From assembly GCA_045541915.1 (NCBI GenBank), contig JAZQJZ010000039.1, positions 13,253 to 77,252 on the forward strand: 64,000 bases of DNA, written 5' to 3'. Positions 55,898 to 64,000 of the stretch are shown here, one piece after another (within the stretch, counting starts at the first letter, position 1; each line of letters begins with the position of its first letter). The position numbers and the translations under genes were made by a program. The notes beneath the pieces are model-generated. The model saw only the letters and a program-made list of their open reading frames with translations. It was not told the DNA's origin and did no database searches. This stretch comes from Eubacteriales bacterium (GTDB lineage Bacteria; Bacillota; Clostridia; Oscillospirales; SIG627).

Positions 55898-55937
55898 AAA
55901 AAGCCTCGACTGCGATAGGACAGTCGAGGCTTTTTTT
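55898..55937. terminator. terminator after pfp
   Basis: aaaaagcctcgactg-N8-cagtcgaggc-ttttttt. Confidence 0.75.
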
Positions 55938-55948
55938 GATAGGGGGAT

Positions 55949-57610
55949 TTATTTTCCCTGCTCCAGGGCAAGGGTAACGGTGGTGGCGTCGCACACCTCG
56001 GCCGGGCCGTAGTACTGAATGGCACCGGGATAAACATAGCAGGTGTTTTCGCTCCATTCCTGGCGGCGAGCTTCAAAATAACGGAAGGGCTTTCCGTCCA
56101 GTTCCACCAGGGCCTTCTTGATTACAGGCTTGTCTTCGCCGTGTCTTCTTTCCATATTCATCATCTTGGTGATGGGCATACCGCCGGCGATCCAGCTTTC
56201 GGCAGGCTGGGAAAGATTGGAGATCTTGGAAAGATAGCCGGTATAACCGTACTGAATGAGCATAAAGGCATTGTAGCCCAAGGAGTAGCAGTAATCGGAG
56301 TCAAAGTTGGAGGGGAATGCACAGCGTCCTTCATAGCCCAGGAAGTGGTGCAGAGGGCTGAATTTGCCATTGTAGGTTCCCTTTGCCTTTCTGGCGGCAA
56401 GGTTTTCCTTTACCATAGCGGAGAAGAGCTTTTCGGATTCAATGAGAGAAACCTGCACGTTGCCGTGGGGGTCTCGTTCCAAAAACAGCTGCTGCTGAAT
56501 GGCCTGGGGCAGAATGGCAAAGACCTCCATGGATTCCTTGGTCAGACCCTTCTGAATGAAACTATATTTTGCTTCCCAGGAAGGAAGAGCGTTAAAGTCA
56601 TCTGCGTTCTTTCCGGCCAGAAGCTCGTTGATCTCGTGGATCAGAACGGAAAATTCCGGAACAAATTCCACCACGCCTTCGGGAATGAGAGCCACACCGT
56701 AGTTCATTCCCTTTGCGGCTCTGTCAGCCACGGAGGAGGCCAAAATATCGGTGATCTGGGCAAGGGACATTTTCTTTTCTGCCACTTCCTCCGAGATCAG
56801 ACAAACGTTGGGCTGGGTCTGGAGGGCACATTCCAGTGCCACGTGAGAGGCACTGCGGCCCATCACCTTTACAAAGTGCCAGTACTTCTTGGCGCTCTTG
56901 GCGTCTCTTTCAATGTTGCCGATGATCTCGCTATAGGTCTTGGTGGCGGTATCAAAGCCAAAGGAGCATTCAATGTCCTCGTTTTTTAAGTCGCCGTCAA
57001 TGGTCTTGGGGCAACCGATCACCTGAACACCGGCATTCTTTGCGGCAAAATACTCTGCCAGAACAGCGGCATTGGTATTGGAGTCGTCACCGCCGGTGAT
57101 CACCAGTGCGGTGATACCGTGCTTTTTGCAAACCTCGGCCACGATGGCAAACTGCTCCTGGGTTTCCAATTTGGTTCTGCCGGAGCCGATGATATCAAAG
57201 CCACCGGTATTTCTGTATTGATCAATGAAAGCATCGTCAAACACAACAAAATCGTCTTCGATCAGTCCGCTGGGGCCGCCCTTGAAGCCGTAGAGCACAT
57301 TTTCCTTGTTGGTCTTTTTCAGGGCGTCGTAGAGACCGCAAATCACGTTATGTCCGCCGGGGGCCTGGCCGCCGGAAAGGATCACGCCCACTACCTGCTT
57401 TTTATCCTCAGAGGTGTATTTACCCTTCTGGAAGGTGATCTCCTTTTTGCCATAGGTGTTGGGGAAGAGGGCCTTGATCTTGTCCTGATCGGCAACGCTC
57501 TGAGTAGGAGCGCCTTCCTTTACACAGATCTCGCCAACACCGCCTGTGAGCATTCCGGGGAGCTTCGGCTGATAGGCATATCTTTGTTGCTGTAAAGATG
57601 AAATTTTCAT
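55949..57610 (-). CDS. pfp: diphosphate--fructose-6-phosphate 1-phosphotransferase (PPi-PFK, long form)
   Basis: About 553 aa from ATG 57610, after [15 protein letters not shown] and PKTIDGDL motifs. Long-form length. Confidence 0.9.
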   Translation of the reverse strand: MKISSLQQQRYAYQPKLPGMLTGGVGEICVKEGAPTQSVADQDKIKALFPNTYGKKEITFQKGKYTSEDKKQVVGVILSGGQAPGGHNVICGLYDALKKTNKENVLYGFKGGPSGLIEDDFVVFDDAFIDQYRNTGGFDIIGSGRTKLETQEQFAIVAEVCKKHGITALVITGGDDSNTNAAVLAEYFAAKNAGVQVIGCPKTIDGDLKNEDIECSFGFDTATKTYSEIIGNIERDAKSAKKYWHFVKVMGRSASHVALECALQTQPNVCLISEEVAEKKMSLAQITDILASSVADRAAKGMNYGVALIPEGVVEFVPEFSVLIHEINELLAGKNADDFNALPSWEAKYSFIQKGLTKESMEVFAILPQAIQQQLFLERDPHGNVQVSLIESEKLFSAMVKENLAARKAKGTYNGKFSPLHHFLGYEGRCAFPSNFDSDYCYSLGYNAFMLIQYGYTGYLSKISNLSQPAESWIAGGMPITKMMNMERRHGEDKPVIKKALVELDGKPFRYFEARRQEWSENTCYVYPGAIQYYGPAEVCDATTVTLALEQGK

Positions 57611-57737
57611 ATTCAAACTCCTTTGCATTTTGATTTCACACACAGCGTATTTTAATACATTTTGTCGTCAAAGTAAAGACTTTGGGGAAAAAAAGACAAA
57701 GTTTTCCCAAAGGGAAGCAGCATTTTTTGTTTTTTTA

Positions 57738-57766
57738 TTGCAAGCTGGTGAATTTTCCCTTATAAT
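57738..57766 (+). promoter_or_regulatory. consensus sigma-A promoter driving only a 43-codon ORF
   Basis: TTGCAA (57738-57743), 17-nt spacer, TATAAT (57761-57766). Confidence 0.55.
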
Positions 57767-57799
57767 ACAGAAAAACAGTTGTCACAAAGGAGATTTGGA

Positions 57800-57931
57800 A
57801 TGAAGAGAAAGTATGACGTGGCGGCCTTTGTCTGGCCGGCGTATACCGGAGATGAGCCGCGCACCCGGATCTTTTGCCGGATAACCTCCATGGCTACGGA
57901 TATCTGGAGGCGGTTAAAGATGTCTTTTTGA
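57800..57931 (+). pseudogene. 43-codon ORF, possibly the N-terminal remnant of a larger gene
   Basis: AAGGAG RBS 6 nt upstream. MKRKYDVAAFVWPAYTGDEPRTRIF... reads like an enzyme N-terminus and then degenerates. Terminator hairpin at 57988. Confidence 0.3.
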
Positions 57932-57987
57932 CCGAAGAGTGAAGCCGGAACCCATTCAAAAAAATGCAAACGGTTTTTCATAAAAAC

Positions 57988-58015
57988 AAAAAAGCACTCA
58001 TTTGAGTGCTTTTTT
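57988..58015. terminator. bidirectional terminator
   Basis: aaaaaagcactc-attt-gagtgctttttt. Confidence 0.8.
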
Positions 58016-58038
58016 GTTGCCTGACGGAAAAGATATAT

Positions 58039-58069
58039 AAAAAATCCTCGGATCATTCCGAGGATTTTT
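58039..58069. terminator. terminator-like palindrome after the MATE gene, flanked by 15-bp direct repeats
   Basis: aaaaaatcctcgga-tcat-tccgaggattttt. tgacggaaaagatat occurs at 58022-58036 and 58073-58087. Confidence 0.75.
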
Positions 58070-58097
58070 GTGTGACGGAAAAGATATTTCTTCCTTT

Positions 58098-59486
58098 TCA
58101 AGGAGAGGTCAGGTGCTGGATCCAAGTGCCGCTGCGGATCAGACACGAGCCTACGATGCACTTGATCAAATCGGTGCTGTTGCAAATGGCGTAAATGGCC
58201 AAAAAGGGAAAGCTTGTAAAGCGGCTGAGCAAAAAGGAGATGGGCAGATACAAAAACCAAATGGAGCCGCAATCAAACAGGGTGGTCAAGGCGGTTTTCC
58301 CCCCTGCCCGCAGGGTGAAGTAAATCGGGAAGCTGTATGCTTGCAAGGGCATCAGTACTGCTGAGACCAAAATGGTCTGGGTCGCCAGATGCCGCACCTG
58401 CTCCGTGGTATTGTAAAGGGCGGGGAACAGTCCGGACAGACAAATCACCACGCCCCCGAAGACAACGCCGGAGAAAGCCGCCAAAGCTGTCATTTTCCGG
58501 TTGGTGTCCATCAGCTCATGGGTGGAACGGCGGGCGCCCAGCATTTGTCCCATAAAAATGCCCACGGTGTTGCCCAGCGATCGGAATACCACCGCCGCCA
58601 GATTGTAAATGGTGGAAGAAATGCTCATTGCCGGTACCACATCCAAGGCACAGGTGGAGTAGCATTGGTTGACGAAAGCCATACCGATGGTCCAGAAAAA
58701 TTCGTTGAGCAAAAGGGGCATGCCCTTTTTGACGATGGCTCGGAGCAGCCCTCTTGGAATGTGCGCAGATCGGAAAAGATCTTTGGTGTAGGGGCAATGC
58801 TCCGTATGGGTGTGGGACCAGATCATCACGATTGCCATTTCCACATACCGGGATAAAACAGTTGCCAGTGCTGCGCCCTTCACTCCCATCGCCGGTGCGC
58901 CGAAGTGACCGAAAATCAAAATGTAGTTAAACACCAGATTGACAAGGGTGGCGATCACGCCTGCCACCATGGGCGGAGTGGGTTTGCCGCATTCCCGAAG
59001 GGTGCCGGCATAGGCATTGGTGATGGCAAAGGGGATCATACCCCAGAGCATCAGAAACAGATATTCCCGTCCGGCCGCCAGGGTTTCGGCGGCAAGCTGA
59101 GGATTGCCCTCGCCGGTAAGATACAGACCGATCAGAGGAGAAGCCAGAAAATAAAAGGCAAAGCCGGCGATCACCGACAAAATGCCGCACAGGATCAATT
59201 TGAAGCGCAAGGTATATCGAATGCCCTGGTTGTCGCCGCTTCCTCGGAACTGCGTGGTGAAAATACCCGCTCCGGCGGCGGCACCGAACATACAGATATT
59301 AAAGATAAACATCAAATTGTTGTTTACGATGGTCACACCGCTGATCTGTGCGGTTGACAACTGCCCAACCATAATATTATCAAGCATTGCCACAAAGTTC
59401 GTGATGGCATTTTGAATGATAATCGGTAGGGCTACCGCGAAGATCCGGCCGTAAAATGCCCGATCTCCCACATAGCGCTTTAACAT
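58098..59486 (-). CDS. MATE-family efflux transporter
   Basis: 462 aa, 12 TM. N-terminus ...FAVALPIIIQNAITNFVAMLDNIMVGQL is typical of MATE. Confidence 0.85.
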   Translation of the reverse strand: MLKRYVGDRAFYGRIFAVALPIIIQNAITNFVAMLDNIMVGQLSTAQISGVTIVNNNLMFIFNICMFGAAAGAGIFTTQFRGSGDNQGIRYTLRFKLILCGILSVIAGFAFYFLASPLIGLYLTGEGNPQLAAETLAAGREYLFLMLWGMIPFAITNAYAGTLRECGKPTPPMVAGVIATLVNLVFNYILIFGHFGAPAMGVKGAALATVLSRYVEMAIVMIWSHTHTEHCPYTKDLFRSAHIPRGLLRAIVKKGMPLLLNEFFWTIGMAFVNQCYSTCALDVVPAMSISSTIYNLAAVVFRSLGNTVGIFMGQMLGARRSTHELMDTNRKMTALAAFSGVVFGGVVICLSGLFPALYNTTEQVRHLATQTILVSAVLMPLQAYSFPIYFTLRAGGKTALTTLFDCGSIWFLYLPISFLLSRFTSFPFLAIYAICNSTDLIKCIVGSCLIRSGTWIQHLTSP

Positions 59487-59498
59487 ATCAAATTCCTT

Positions 59499-60836
59499 TT
59501 ACTTCCATTTGAAATGAATCAGACCTACAATGTAGATCACAATGATTGCCGCGGGAACGAAATAGCAAAAGATGGGCTTCATCCAGTTTTTCACTTTCAG
59601 CCCCTTGCCCGCATTGGCTTCGGCAACGAACTGCTTCCAGCCCCAGCCATAACGCTTGTTGCAGCAGAACGCAACGAAGAGAAGAGAGCCGAGGGGAAGG
59701 AGATTGTTGGAAACCATAAAATCCCACAGATCCAGCCAGGCACTGCCTTCTGCAAAGGGTTGGAATTGGAAGAGGCTGTAGCCCAAAGCAGTGGTGGTGG
59801 AGGTGATGGCAATGACAATGGCGCAAACCATGCTTCCCCGGGGTCTGCTCCAACCGGTCAATTCGCGAACGCAAGCCAAAATATTCTCAAATACCGCCAA
59901 AATGGTCGACATTGAGGCGAAGATCATAAACAGAAAGAAAACAGAGCCCCAAATTCTTCCGCCTTGCATATTGTTAAACACCGTTGCCATGGTGTCAAAG
60001 AGAAGGCCGGGACCTGCGGTCACTTCCATATCATAGGTAAAGCAAGCAGGGAAAATGATAAATCCCGCGGTTACGGCAACGAAGATATCCAAAATGATCA
60101 CGTTGATGGATTCTCCCATCAGGGAGCGTTTTTTGTCAATATAACTGCCGAAGATCGCCATGGATCCAATGCCGAGGCTCAAGGAGAAGAAGGATTGGTT
60201 CATAGCGCCAACGATCACGGCCGGTGTCAGTTTTTTCACGTCGGGCAGAAGATAAAACTTCAGGCCTTCCGCCGCGCCGGGCATGGTGGCGCTGTTGATT
60301 GCCAAGATCAGCATAAGCCCCAAAAGAGCCACCATCATATATTTGGTGACGCGCTCCAGGCCGCCTTGAAGGTTAAAACTGACAATGGCAAAGCCGATCA
60401 CCACCACAAGGATCATAAAGGTCATATTTACTCCGGGCTCGGCAATCATTTTGGCAAAGCCCAGATCCTCGGACTGACCGGTAACAAAACGGTAGAAGTA
60501 ATACATGATCCAGCCGGAAACCACGGTATAAAAGGACATAAGACAAACGTTGCCAAACAGAGCAAAGTAGCCGTGAAGATGCCATTTTTGACCCGGTTTT
60601 TCCAGCTTCTGATACATCCGAACGGGACTTGCCTGAGCCGCTCTGCCCAGAGAAAACTCCATGGTCATAACGGGAAGGCCCAAAAAGAGCATACAAATAA
60701 AATAAACCAAAACAAAACTGCCGCCGCCGTACTGCCCCGCCATCCAGGGAAATTTCCAAACGTTGCCACAGCCAATGGCGCAACCTGCGCTTAACAGAAT
60801 AAATCCCAAACGGGAGGATAACCTCTCACGATTCAT
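59499..60836 (-). CDS. sodium-dependent transporter (SNF/NSS family)
   Basis: 445 aa. N-terminus SRLGFILLSAGCAIGCGNVWKFPWMAGQYGGG matches the NSS signature. Confidence 0.85.
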   Translation of the reverse strand: MNRERLSSRLGFILLSAGCAIGCGNVWKFPWMAGQYGGGSFVLVYFICMLFLGLPVMTMEFSLGRAAQASPVRMYQKLEKPGQKWHLHGYFALFGNVCLMSFYTVVSGWIMYYFYRFVTGQSEDLGFAKMIAEPGVNMTFMILVVVIGFAIVSFNLQGGLERVTKYMMVALLGLMLILAINSATMPGAAEGLKFYLLPDVKKLTPAVIVGAMNQSFFSLSLGIGSMAIFGSYIDKKRSLMGESINVIILDIFVAVTAGFIIFPACFTYDMEVTAGPGLLFDTMATVFNNMQGGRIWGSVFFLFMIFASMSTILAVFENILACVRELTGWSRPRGSMVCAIVIAITSTTTALGYSLFQFQPFAEGSAWLDLWDFMVSNNLLPLGSLLFVAFCCNKRYGWGWKQFVAEANAGKGLKVKNWMKPIFCYFVPAAIIVIYIVGLIHFKWK

Positions 60837-60963
60837 AAAAAATACCTTTCTTTGCTAAGATGGGAAAAACCAAAGAGCATTGTACCCAAAATCCCTCCAT
60901 TTGTCAAAAGAAATCATAAAAACCGTCTTTTTTTGTTTGACTGTTGAAAACCCGCTTTGCTTC

Positions 60964-61001
60964 AAAAAAATATCCCAAGTCATCTGACTTGGGATATTTT
61001 T
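60964..61001. terminator. terminator after the nagB-like gene
   Basis: aaaaaaatatcccaagtca-tc-tgacttgggatattttt. Confidence 0.75.
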
Positions 61002-61052
61002 GCAAATTGCCCCGCCTTGGTGCGGCTCTGCAGGACATCTTTTTTCTCTTTT

Positions 61053-61784
61053 TTAAAACTTGATCACGTCTGCGGCGCTTTCCCGATCGATCCAAAGGGT
61101 CCAGTCCGGATGGGTACGCAAAATGGTACCGGGATAGTGTTTGCTTACAGGCTGGGTCAGGGTCTGTTCCACTGCCCAAGCCTTCACCTTGTGGGGAACG
61201 CAGGAGATCAGTTTCTTGCAGGACATGATCTGAAAGACGGTCATGGAAACGGCCTTCTTGGGAACCTCATCCAGGGTGGCAAACCAGCCCTCGCCCATCT
61301 GCTGCTTTTTGCAGCGCTCGTCCAGATCCACCACAATGTAAGCCTCCTTGGTATCAATGTTGGCAGGGGGATCGTTGAAGGCAATGTGAGAATTTTCGCC
61401 GATGCCGATCAGACCGATATCAATGGGAAGACGGCGGATCTGGGCGGTCAATTCTGCGATCCCCTCCGGGGTACCGTCCACGAAATGCACGGCCTTTAAG
61501 GGCAAGGGGAGAAGGGAGATGAATCTCTCCTGAAGATACTTCCGAAAGCTTGCCGGGTGGGTGATGGGAAGATCCACATATTCATCCAAATGGAACATTT
61601 CCACCTTGGTCCAATCCACATCCTCCTTCACCAGGGCAGAGAGGGTCTCAAATTGAGAAGCGCCGGTGGAAAGGGCAATTCTGGCATAGCCCTGCTTTTG
61701 AATACATTGGCGAAGGGCAAGAGCGGTCTCTCTTGCGGCGCTCTTTCCCAATTGGCTTGCATTGTCACAAATTCTGATTTCCAT
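61053..61784 (-). CDS. nagB: glucosamine-6-phosphate deaminase-family protein
   Basis: 243 aa. LSTGASQ, DEYVDL and GIGENSHIAFNDP align to NagB motifs. Confidence 0.7.
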   Translation of the reverse strand: MEIRICDNASQLGKSAARETALALRQCIQKQGYARIALSTGASQFETLSALVKEDVDWTKVEMFHLDEYVDLPITHPASFRKYLQERFISLLPLPLKAVHFVDGTPEGIAELTAQIRRLPIDIGLIGIGENSHIAFNDPPANIDTKEAYIVVDLDERCKKQQMGEGWFATLDEVPKKAVSMTVFQIMSCKKLISCVPHKVKAWAVEQTLTQPVSKHYPGTILRTHPDWTLWIDRESAADVIKF

Positions 61785-61809
61785 TTTTTATTACCTCACT
61801 TTTTCTATT

Positions 61810-63036
61810 TTATCGAAGCTCTTTGTAAAATTCCTTCAATTCCACCTGCCGCTTTTCCGCCATGGAAAGGTTGGCGGCCATGCCGATTCCAATGGACATC
61901 ATACCGGCGCGAAGAGACGCCATCTGTCCCAGGGGATCCTCTGTTTTCCCCCGGAAGAGCATATCGCGCAGTCTGGGATCGGCGCCGCCGTGTCCCTTTA
62001 ACTGATCCTTGGGGAATTTCATCTGAATCTCTTCCCCTTTTCGGTTGTAGATTTTCACACTTCGGGCGCTGTCCTCCCGGTAGCCGATAAATCCGCTGGA
62101 ACGGACGGAAATCTCCATACGGCCCAGGGTGCCGCCCAGGGTCATATTAAAGCCTTCATAGGGGGAATGAGCGGTAAGAGAATAGCTCATGATCGCACCG
62201 CCGCTATAAAGGACATTCACGCTCATGCTGTCTTCAATGTCGATCTCTTCTGAGAACACGCAGGCATCGCGGATGTATCCGTCCTCTTCTTCGCAGTCCA
62301 GATATAATTCCTTTGACGTGTCGTCCATTTGGTAATAAAATTCACATTCTCCCTTGTAGGGGCAGGTCAGACATCTCTCAGAGCGCTTGTCCCGGGTGGG
62401 GCCGTAAAAGCGACGGGTTCCAAAGGCGTTCACTGCCAAGGGCTCTTGCTCCAAAAACCAGTTGACCAGGTCAAAGTGGTGGGTGGATTTGTGCACCAGA
62501 AGGGAGCCGGAGTTTTTTCTTTGGCGGTGCCATCTCCGGAAATAATCTGCACCGTGGCGAGTGTTCAGCATCCATTCAAAATGAACGTTTAAAACCTCCC
62601 CAATGACGCCCTCCCGGATCAGCTCCTTGATTCGGGCATAAACCGGCTGGAAACGGAGGTTAAAGGTGACGGTCAGATCTCGCCCCGTCTCTTCCTTTAC
62701 CTTTTGAATTTCAAGGGCCTTTTCAAAGGTGGTAGTCAGCGGCTTTTCGCAGATCACATCGCACCCGGCGCGCATGGCGCGGATACAATAGGAATCGTGT
62801 TCGCTGTCCTTGGTGGCAACGATGACCACATCCGGCTTTACCTCTTTTAGCATCCGGTCGAAATCGTCAAAGACCGGAATGGACTTTTCGCAAAGTCGGG
62901 AGGTTAGAAGTGCCCGTTTGGGATTGGTGTCATAAACGCCGCAAAGCTCGGCACAGTCCGAATATTCCTTTACCAGCGGAACCGCATAGGATACCAGGCC
63001 TCGGTTTCCGCAGCCCACTTGAACATATCGCTTCAT
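61810..63036 (-). CDS. Gfo/Idh/MocA-family oxidoreductase
   Basis: 408 aa. Rossmann YVQVGCGNRG and VICEKPL. Confidence 0.85.
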   Translation of the reverse strand: MKRYVQVGCGNRGLVSYAVPLVKEYSDCAELCGVYDTNPKRALLTSRLCEKSIPVFDDFDRMLKEVKPDVVIVATKDSEHDSYCIRAMRAGCDVICEKPLTTTFEKALEIQKVKEETGRDLTVTFNLRFQPVYARIKELIREGVIGEVLNVHFEWMLNTRHGADYFRRWHRQRKNSGSLLVHKSTHHFDLVNWFLEQEPLAVNAFGTRRFYGPTRDKRSERCLTCPYKGECEFYYQMDDTSKELYLDCEEEDGYIRDACVFSEEIDIEDSMSVNVLYSGGAIMSYSLTAHSPYEGFNMTLGGTLGRMEISVRSSGFIGYREDSARSVKIYNRKGEEIQMKFPKDQLKGHGGADPRLRDMLFRGKTEDPLGQMASLRAGMMSIGIGMAANLSMAEKRQVELKEFYKELR

Positions 63037-63202
63037 GGATGATCTCCTTTTACTTTTTTTGCTTGTTACACTCCCATTATAAAATAGTTTTTTTCAAAGA
63101 ACAAGAACCCGGCAAGACGTTTTACCATCAAGGAATGTCCGATTTTTGTAGTTTTTATCGCCAAAACTTGACTTTTTTTATAATTATGGCATAATATTGT
63201 TT

Positions 63203-64000
63203 ATGAAAACAGAACAAAATACCACCTACACCACCATATGGCACTCCATCCCCGTTAAGATCTATCTGACCGGAAAAAATGCGCAGATTGACCTTGTGGA
63301 TGATGACGGCCAAGCCCCCAGAAGTCTCCGGAACATCCATACCCATTTTACCTATGAAATCCTGTTTGTCACCGAAGGGTCCATGGCTCTGGTTTCGGAA
63401 TTGGGCACCCGGCATTTTCAAAACCGGGTCGTGTTTGTTCCCCCTCAGGTGAGGCACTGCTCCTTTCCCAGCACCACCGGAAGCTACTGTATGCTTTTTT
63501 CCCTGGAAGAGGCAGGGGTAGGCAATCAGGAATTGATCCAGAGCATCACCGGGGAATTGTCAAATAAGATCTGCGATCTGCCCTTGACGGAGGAGGTCTC
63601 CTTTTATGTCCGGCAATTTGCCAAAAGCGATATGGCAGGCCTTGTGGGCGATGCCGCGCACCTTCTGGGACTGATCTTCGGAGCCGTTTTCCGCCAGCTG
63701 GTCCGGGTGGAATCCGCCCGGGATCCAAAGCATACGGATTCCCGTCACATCAATGAGATCGAGGAGTATATCAACACCCATTTGTTCGAAAAGATCACTC
63801 TTTCCCAGCTTGCCCAAACCTTTTTTCTTTCCACCAAGCAGATCTCCCGGATTCTTCAAAGGGAGTATCGGTGCACCCTTTCTGCCCTGCTTTCAAGGAA
63901 ACGGATGGACGTGGTAGAAACCCTTTTGAAGAGCAGTGACCTTTCCGTCTCCCAGATCGCCGAGCAGGTATATGCCGGCTCGGAGCCTTATTTTTACACC
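63203..64000 (+). CDS. AraC-family transcriptional regulator (3'-truncated by the window edge)
   Basis: ATG 63203, open to the window end (266 codons). My translation ends ...ITLSQLAQTFFLSTKQISRILQREYRCTLSALLSRKRMD...SVSQIAEQVYAGSEPYFYT, an AraC-type HTH. Not in the ORF track because no stop is reached. Confidence 0.75.
   Translation, partial: MKTEQNTTYTTIWHSIPVKIYLTGKNAQIDLVDDDGQAPRSLRNIHTHFTYEILFVTEGSMALVSELGTRHFQNRVVFVPPQVRHCSFPSTTGSYCMLFSLEEAGVGNQELIQSITGELSNKICDLPLTEEVSFYVRQFAKSDMAGLVGDAAHLLGLIFGAVFRQLVRVESARDPKHTDSRHINEIEEYINTHLFEKITLSQLAQTFFLSTKQISRILQREYRCTLSALLSRKRMDVVETLLKSSDLSVSQIAEQVYAGSEPYFYT

Overview
The window looks like chromosomal DNA from a Gram-positive anaerobe, probably Clostridia. 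The evidence is GGAGG-type RBSs, the dxs-tlyA-nadK-argR-recN and rny-ymdB gene orders, mfd, PFOR and PPi-PFK. I read about 50 protein genes and saw no rRNA, tRNA, CRISPR, transposase or integrase.

Bases 1-34.5 kb are core housekeeping:
- dxs cluster, tyrS, RNase Y, Mfd, GreA, ComM and nifJ
- an OmpR/HK two-component pair followed by a trypsin-fold protein that appears to lack catalytic His and Ser

Bases 34.5-64 kb are accessory-like:
- a REP-like repeat mosaic
- sugar and glycan loci: two TIM-barrel isomerases, Gfo/Idh/MocA oxidoreductases, AraC regulators, glycoside hydrolases, and a glf plus GT2 galactofuranose cluster
- transporters

The most interesting signal is two diverged, AT-rich, divergently transcribed two-gene cassettes at 35.3-36.3 kb and 44.7-45.4 kb. 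Each pairs a small XRE-type HTH protein with a DUF1273/YpsA-like SLOG protein.
- Each cassette is bracketed by a duplicated terminator-like palindrome.
- The two cassettes lie in mutually inverted orientation around an 8.3-kb sugar-catabolism block.

Two further observations suggest terminator-like palindromes are recombination or mobility substrates in this genome: a 36-bp hairpin flanked by 15-bp direct repeats, and a third pair of identical-arm hairpins 8.2 kb apart.

A separate 380-bp AT-rich intergenic element (7728-8110) has terminal inverted repeats. It contains eight GTGATAT heptamers, four per orientation, each next to a small variable hairpin.

All functional calls come from motifs read by eye in the supplied translations. 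No database search was run.
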